This document shows positions 60,078 to 64,000 of a DNA stretch of 64,000 nt, one piece after another; the first letter of the stretch is position 1, and each line of letters begins with the position of its first letter. The notes under the pieces were generated by a model. The model was not told the origin of the DNA. It ran no database searches and was given only the letters and a program-made list of their open reading frames with translations. Origin of the DNA: an uncultured Pseudomonadales bacterium (GTDB taxonomy: Bacteria > Patescibacteriota > Microgenomatia > UBA1400 > CAYXSR01); NCBI GenBank assembly GCA_964467735.1, contig CAYXSR010000002.1:51885-115884 (forward strand). Direction: 5' to 3'. The position numbers were made by a program, and so were the translations under genes.

Positions 60078-60856
60078 TATTTTATTTTCTGTTCAATTTT
60101 TTTATACTTTTTTTCGGTTTCATTTTGTAATTCCCAAAGACGAACATAAGTAAAAAATAAAGAGAATGTTTGATATATCCCTTCTATTATCCCTTCTACT
60201 CCCTCTCTGAATAATCTCCTTTTTCCAAAATTTTCCCATAACCCAGTAACAAATATTCTTAGAAAACGCCAACTGTTCATTTTTGGGTGTCCAGATTTGA
60301 AACAGTTTCTTGCCTCAAGCTTAGACCACCAAATTGTCTTCTCCAACATCTGTTCTAAACTAAGATGAGTTAAATGAATTAAGGGGGTTTTAAGACTAGT
60401 AACTTTACCATCTATCTCAGCGGTTTCATGAATGGTCCCCCGCCATTCTTTCAATTTCTTTTTTTTAATCAAACGAATCATATCATCGGGCCAAACGCTT
60501 TTAAATTCTTTTCCTAGAAAAAAATTTCTGCGAGGAATTCTAAAAGCTACATATCCATTTGTCTCTATATTTCTAGTTATTTCTTCTTTTAATTCTTTAG
60601 TACACCTCTCGTCAGAATCAATATACAATAACCATTCCCCTTTTGCTTCTTTTGCTCCTTGATTCCGCCAAAAAGAAAAATCATCCTTTACCTTTGATTT
60701 TATAACTCTCCCTCCATATTTTTTAATAATTTTATCCGTTTCATCTATTGAACCAATATCTATCCCAATAATTTCATTTGTCCATTTTATTGTTTCTAAA
60801 CATTTAGCAATAGTTTGTTCGTTGTTTTTAAACAAAATAATTGTACTTATTTTCAT
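60077..60856 (-). CDS. GT2 glycosyltransferase (WaaE/KdtX-like)
   Basis: FS..RN, YIDSDE, PRRNFFLG, WPD..RL, IHE. Tandem with 59301-60077. Confidence 0.88.
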   Translation of the reverse strand: MKISTIILFKNNEQTIAKCLETIKWTNEIIGIDIGSIDETDKIIKKYGGRVIKSKVKDDFSFWRNQGAKEAKGEWLLYIDSDERCTKELKEEITRNIETNGYVAFRIPRRNFFLGKEFKSVWPDDMIRLIKKKKLKEWRGTIHETAEIDGKVTSLKTPLIHLTHLSLEQMLEKTIWWSKLEARNCFKSGHPKMNSWRFLRIFVTGLWENFGKRRLFREGVEGIIEGIYQTFSLFFTYVRLWELQNETEKKYKKIEQKIK

Positions 60857-61599
60857 TTTTTCTTTTTAAAAAGTCTCCCTTCTCTATTTAGAACATAAAG
60901 CATAAGATTCCATAAAATAGCCAAACCATATCTAACAGAAGCATAAAAATTCGCTGAAGAAGCTTCTGGAAAATATCTTACCGGCACAGCAATTTCACCA
61001 ATTTTAAAATTATTAGCTACTGCAGAAAGCAAAATCTGTTGATCAAAAACAAAATCATTTGAAAACCGACCGAAAGGTACCTTTTTTAAAATCTTTTTAG
61101 TAAATGCTCTCATTCCTGTGTGATATTCAGAAAGATTTAATCCCAAAAACATATTTTCCAATACAGTTAGAAAGCGATTACTTATATATTTCCACCAAGG
61201 CATGCCACCAGCTAAAGCCTCTTGGCGAGTACGAATTCTACTCCCTAACATTATATCGAATCGGCCATCCAATATTGGTTTTACTAAATCAGGGATTAAA
61301 GTCGGATCATATTGATAATCAGGGTGAATCATAATTATAATATCAGGGTTTCTTTTTAGAGCTTCCCAATAACAGGTTTTTTGATTGCCACCATATCCTA
61401 AATTACTAGGGTGAACAAAAACTTCTAATCCTAATTTTTGGGCCATTTTTACTGTCTTATCAGAACTTGCGTCATCAACAACTAAAACTTCATCAACTAA
61501 ATCTTTGGGAATATCTTTATATGTTTTTTCTATTGTCCCGGCTGCATTATAAGCAGGCATTACCACAATAATTTTCTTTTTTGTATGTCTTTTTTTCAT
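60853..61599 (-). CDS. GT2 polyprenol-phosphate sugar synthase (DPM1-like)
   Basis: VMPAYNAA, VDDASSD, NLGYGGNQKTCY, HPDYQYDP, GSR, SEYHTGMRAF, FD.Q. Confidence 0.9.
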   Translation of the reverse strand: MKKRHTKKKIIVVMPAYNAAGTIEKTYKDIPKDLVDEVLVVDDASSDKTVKMAQKLGLEVFVHPSNLGYGGNQKTCYWEALKRNPDIIIMIHPDYQYDPTLIPDLVKPILDGRFDIMLGSRIRTRQEALAGGMPWWKYISNRFLTVLENMFLGLNLSEYHTGMRAFTKKILKKVPFGRFSNDFVFDQQILLSAVANNFKIGEIAVPVRYFPEASSANFYASVRYGLAILWNLMLYVLNREGRLFKKKK

Positions 61600-61611
61600 C
61601 CGCTATTCTTA

Positions 61612-63237
61612 TTATATCTTGAAAATGTGAAGGATCGGTTCTCCATTTAAAAGATAAATTGTTTTTATAATTTTTGCGTCTCCCGGCAATTCTTTATCTG
61701 TGACTACCCACCATATTTTATCTCTTTTATCTTCTTTTTCCCAATCAAATCGAACAAATTCATATTTGCCGATTTTGTGTTCTTCCCAAAAGCCACCCGA
61801 TATAGTACCACCTTGCTCTAAATATTTTGCCGGATTATACTTTTTATAAAATAGAAAAAACATATAAGGTTGTTCTGCTTCGATTGAAATCCTAACCTTC
61901 TCATATTTATTTTCTAATTTCTCTAACTCTTTGAAAAGTTCTTTATACCCATATTGCCAATAACGAGAATATTCTATTGGTTGATGAATATGATATTGAT
62001 GTAAATAAAAAATAAAATTGACTAGAAAGAGACCTGTTGTTACAAAATAGATTATAGCTGTTATTAATTTGTTCTTTAAACTATTGCCCCATCTAATAAA
62101 TGCCAATACTCCTAAAGCAGTGAAAACATGCCATGTTGGTAAGAAACATAAAGTCCGAACTGCATGAGGGACATCAGCCGAAACAGAAGCAGCAATAGGA
62201 GCCAGTAACCACCAACTAAAAATAATTAATTTTGGTTTCTTATCTGGCCAAAAGAAAAGAGAATAAATTCCCCATAAAATAAAAGGTAACTCCCAAAAGT
62301 AAAGCATTCCGACATCGGGAACGTGATGTCTTTGAACATCTCCTTCTCCATTAACAAATAGCCAATTTGGATTAAAATGAGCCGTATAACTTTCTAAGAA
62401 TCTTAGAACATAACGAATTCGTCGATTATGAACCAACGAACCCCACCAAATTCCTTTTTCTAAATCTTGGCTTATTTTTTTACTATCTTTAGACAATAAG
62501 TTAATTGTGTCAGAAAAAGCACTTACTCCCTTTAATCTCATTTGTCCTTCTGTGCTCGTCATAATTTTTACCAATGGCCAAATAAAAATTAAAGCAATAA
62601 TTCCGCTTAACAAAACTATTTTCTTTATTTTCAAAAGTTGCCTGAAATAAGTCATTATTAGAACCAAAACTAAAAACGGCACAAATACTCTGGCGCTATG
62701 ATAAGTGTATAAAGCTAATCCGAAAGACAATGTTGAAAGTAGTAGGAAGAATTTATTTTTTTTGACTGATTTTAAGAATAATATCGTCCCTAAAATTTCC
62801 CAAGCCAAAGCAACGTTTGCCTCAAAAGCAATTCGAGAAAACTGCAAATGCCAAGGTGAAATCGCCATAAAAAACATGGATAAGAGTGCTAAATTTTCTT
62901 TCTTAAACAACAGTTTTATTAAAAAGTAAACACCAATAACGCCAATTACTCCAAAAACTGCTGATGGTAAACGAACCGCAAAAAGATTTACTCCGAAAAC
63001 AATTATTGAAGGAATTGTTAAATAAAAATATAAAGGTGGCTTATAATCGTCAAAAGATCGAAAAGTCAACGGAAATTTCACTCCATATTCGTCTTTTCCT
63101 GTTTTCCAAATTGAATAGGCATTCCAGCCAATAGCTGCTTCATCCCAATCAGGACTAGGTGGCACTTTCGCCAGATTCCAGAATCTTAAACCAATCGCTA
63201 AAGCTAAAATTAAAATAAAAATAATTTTTTTTCTCAT
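61612..63237 (-). CDS. GT-C glycosyltransferase (ArnT/PMT_2 family)
   Basis: LRFW.L..VPP...WDEAAIGWNAYSI..TGKDEYG, DYKPPLY, RLPSA, SPWHLQFSR.AFEAN, PHAVR, WQYGYK. Confidence 0.88.
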   Translation of the reverse strand: MRKKIIFILILALAIGLRFWNLAKVPPSPDWDEAAIGWNAYSIWKTGKDEYGVKFPLTFRSFDDYKPPLYFYLTIPSIIVFGVNLFAVRLPSAVFGVIGVIGVYFLIKLLFKKENLALLSMFFMAISPWHLQFSRIAFEANVALAWEILGTILFLKSVKKNKFFLLLSTLSFGLALYTYHSARVFVPFLVLVLIMTYFRQLLKIKKIVLLSGIIALIFIWPLVKIMTSTEGQMRLKGVSAFSDTINLLSKDSKKISQDLEKGIWWGSLVHNRRIRYVLRFLESYTAHFNPNWLFVNGEGDVQRHHVPDVGMLYFWELPFILWGIYSLFFWPDKKPKLIIFSWWLLAPIAASVSADVPHAVRTLCFLPTWHVFTALGVLAFIRWGNSLKNKLITAIIYFVTTGLFLVNFIFYLHQYHIHQPIEYSRYWQYGYKELFKELEKLENKYEKVRISIEAEQPYMFFLFYKKYNPAKYLEQGGTISGGFWEEHKIGKYEFVRFDWEKEDKRDKIWWVVTDKELPGDAKIIKTIYLLNGEPILHIFKI

Positions 63238-63999
63238 TTAATTAGTATAAATATAGAAAACTACTTCTCCATTCAAAAGATAAATCGTTTTTAATAAATC
63301 AACTTTATCTAACTGAGTCTCTCCTTTCGTCATTACATATAGAACTTTTCCCTTCCTATCTGTTTCTATTTGCTCTCCGAATCTATATTTATCAAAACCC
63401 AAAACCTTCCTTATCCCAAAAGGTTCAATCTCTTCAGTTTTATTCTGCCAAAATTTTTGAGGAGGATATTGTTGGTAAAAAAGGAAATAAATATAAGGCC
63501 TTCCTAAGCTTCGTGTTACTATAATATGATCATATTCATCCTGGACAGATTTAACAAAATCTACCATTTGTTTATAACCATATTGCCATTCTGAGGAATA
63601 TTCATTAGGATAATGAACAAAATAATTATGAAGAAAACGAAAGGCTGAAAAAAAGTAAAAAACTATTAAAGAAACAGCTCCTAGCTTTATAAAAGAAGGT
63701 TTAAGAAGTCTAAAAAATTTATAAATTCCATAAGCAATAAATATCTGATAAGTGGGTAATATTACTTCTGTTCTTAAAGCATGAGGAGTTTCTCTGGCAG
63801 TGGCAGCTGGGACTAATGCTGCAATTAACCAAAAAAATAAAAATCCAATATTTTTTTGCTTGTCCTTTATTAAATAAATAATTCCTAAAATTAAAAACGG
63901 CAGTTCTATCAAATAAAGTTGCCCTGTTTCTTGACTAGAAAAACGAGGATTTCTGTCACCAGTAAAGAATAAAAATTTTGGATTAAAATGATCAAAAAG
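63238..63999 (-). CDS. GT-C glycosyltransferase (ArnT/PMT_2), partial tandem paralog of 61612-63237
   Basis: The frame stays open to the window edge (LFDHFNPKFLFFTGDRNPR...GQLYLIELPF). Shares PHALR, WQYGYK, PYIYFLFY and TIYLLNGE with its neighbour. Confidence 0.85.
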   Translation of the reverse strand, partial: LFDHFNPKFLFFTGDRNPRFSSQETGQLYLIELPFLILGIIYLIKDKQKNIGFLFFWLIAALVPAATARETPHALRTEVILPTYQIFIAYGIYKFFRLLKPSFIKLGAVSLIVFYFFSAFRFLHNYFVHYPNEYSSEWQYGYKQMVDFVKSVQDEYDHIIVTRSLGRPYIYFLFYQQYPPQKFWQNKTEEIEPFGIRKVLGFDKYRFGEQIETDRKGKVLYVMTKGETQLDKVDLLKTIYLLNGEVVFYIYTN

Positions 64000-64000
64000 A

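Noticed and set aside
4726-62929. The many 60-112 aa ORFs lying antisense or out of frame within long genes (e.g. 5178-5477, 9966-10256, 20923-21246, 46407-46736, 53875-54213)
   Set aside because: They overlap well-supported genes, have no recognisable motifs and look like shadow ORFs.
63238-63912. A complete 224-aa protein as listed in the track
   Set aside because: The listed start is an internal TTG; the frame stays open to the window edge and matches the C-terminal part of the neighbouring paralog.
1-64000. Alternative genetic code (UGA = Gly), CRISPR arrays, tRNA/rRNA genes, IS elements or integrases
   Set aside because: TGA ends many full-length genes, the intergenic space is too small for arrays, and I saw no repeat-spacer pattern, cloverleaf or recombinase motif.

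Overview
This 64-kb window is one continuous, very AT-rich cell-surface glycosylation locus. It uses the standard bacterial code (TGA is a stop), most genes overlap or abut, and Shine-Dalgarno sites are not evident. The gene types and style suggest a Patescibacteria/CPR genome of the Microgenomates group (inference, no database search). About 55 genes are present, mostly on the minus strand, with two plus-strand blocks (14999-17641 and 43601-49458). The locus encodes a priming phosphoglycosyltransferase, a ManC-like nucleotidyltransferase, 9 GT4 and 11 GT2 glycosyltransferases, one Wzx-like flippase, about 13 polytopic GT-C-type transferases (ArnT/PMT-, TMTC-, PIG-V-, DUF2079- and YfhO/AftD-like), 4 SAM methyltransferases (one frameshifted), 2 hexapeptide acyltransferases, 5 SDR sugar enzymes and a B12-radical SAM enzyme. 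Best candidates for new biology: (1) a CDP-3,6-dideoxyhexose pathway (rfbF, rfbG-like, rfbH) with a YerE-like TPP enzyme plus a class I aminotransferase and no E3, suggesting an unusual branched and possibly aminated sugar; (2) a 1025-aa fusion of an O-antigen-ligase-like domain with a TMTC-like GT-C domain; (3) an HpnJ-like radical SAM enzyme between a GT2 and a membrane hydrolase; (4) a 38-bp exact repeat shared by two otherwise diverged tandem GT-C paralogs. I saw no rRNA, tRNA, CRISPR array or transposase. All family calls come from motifs recognised by eye.
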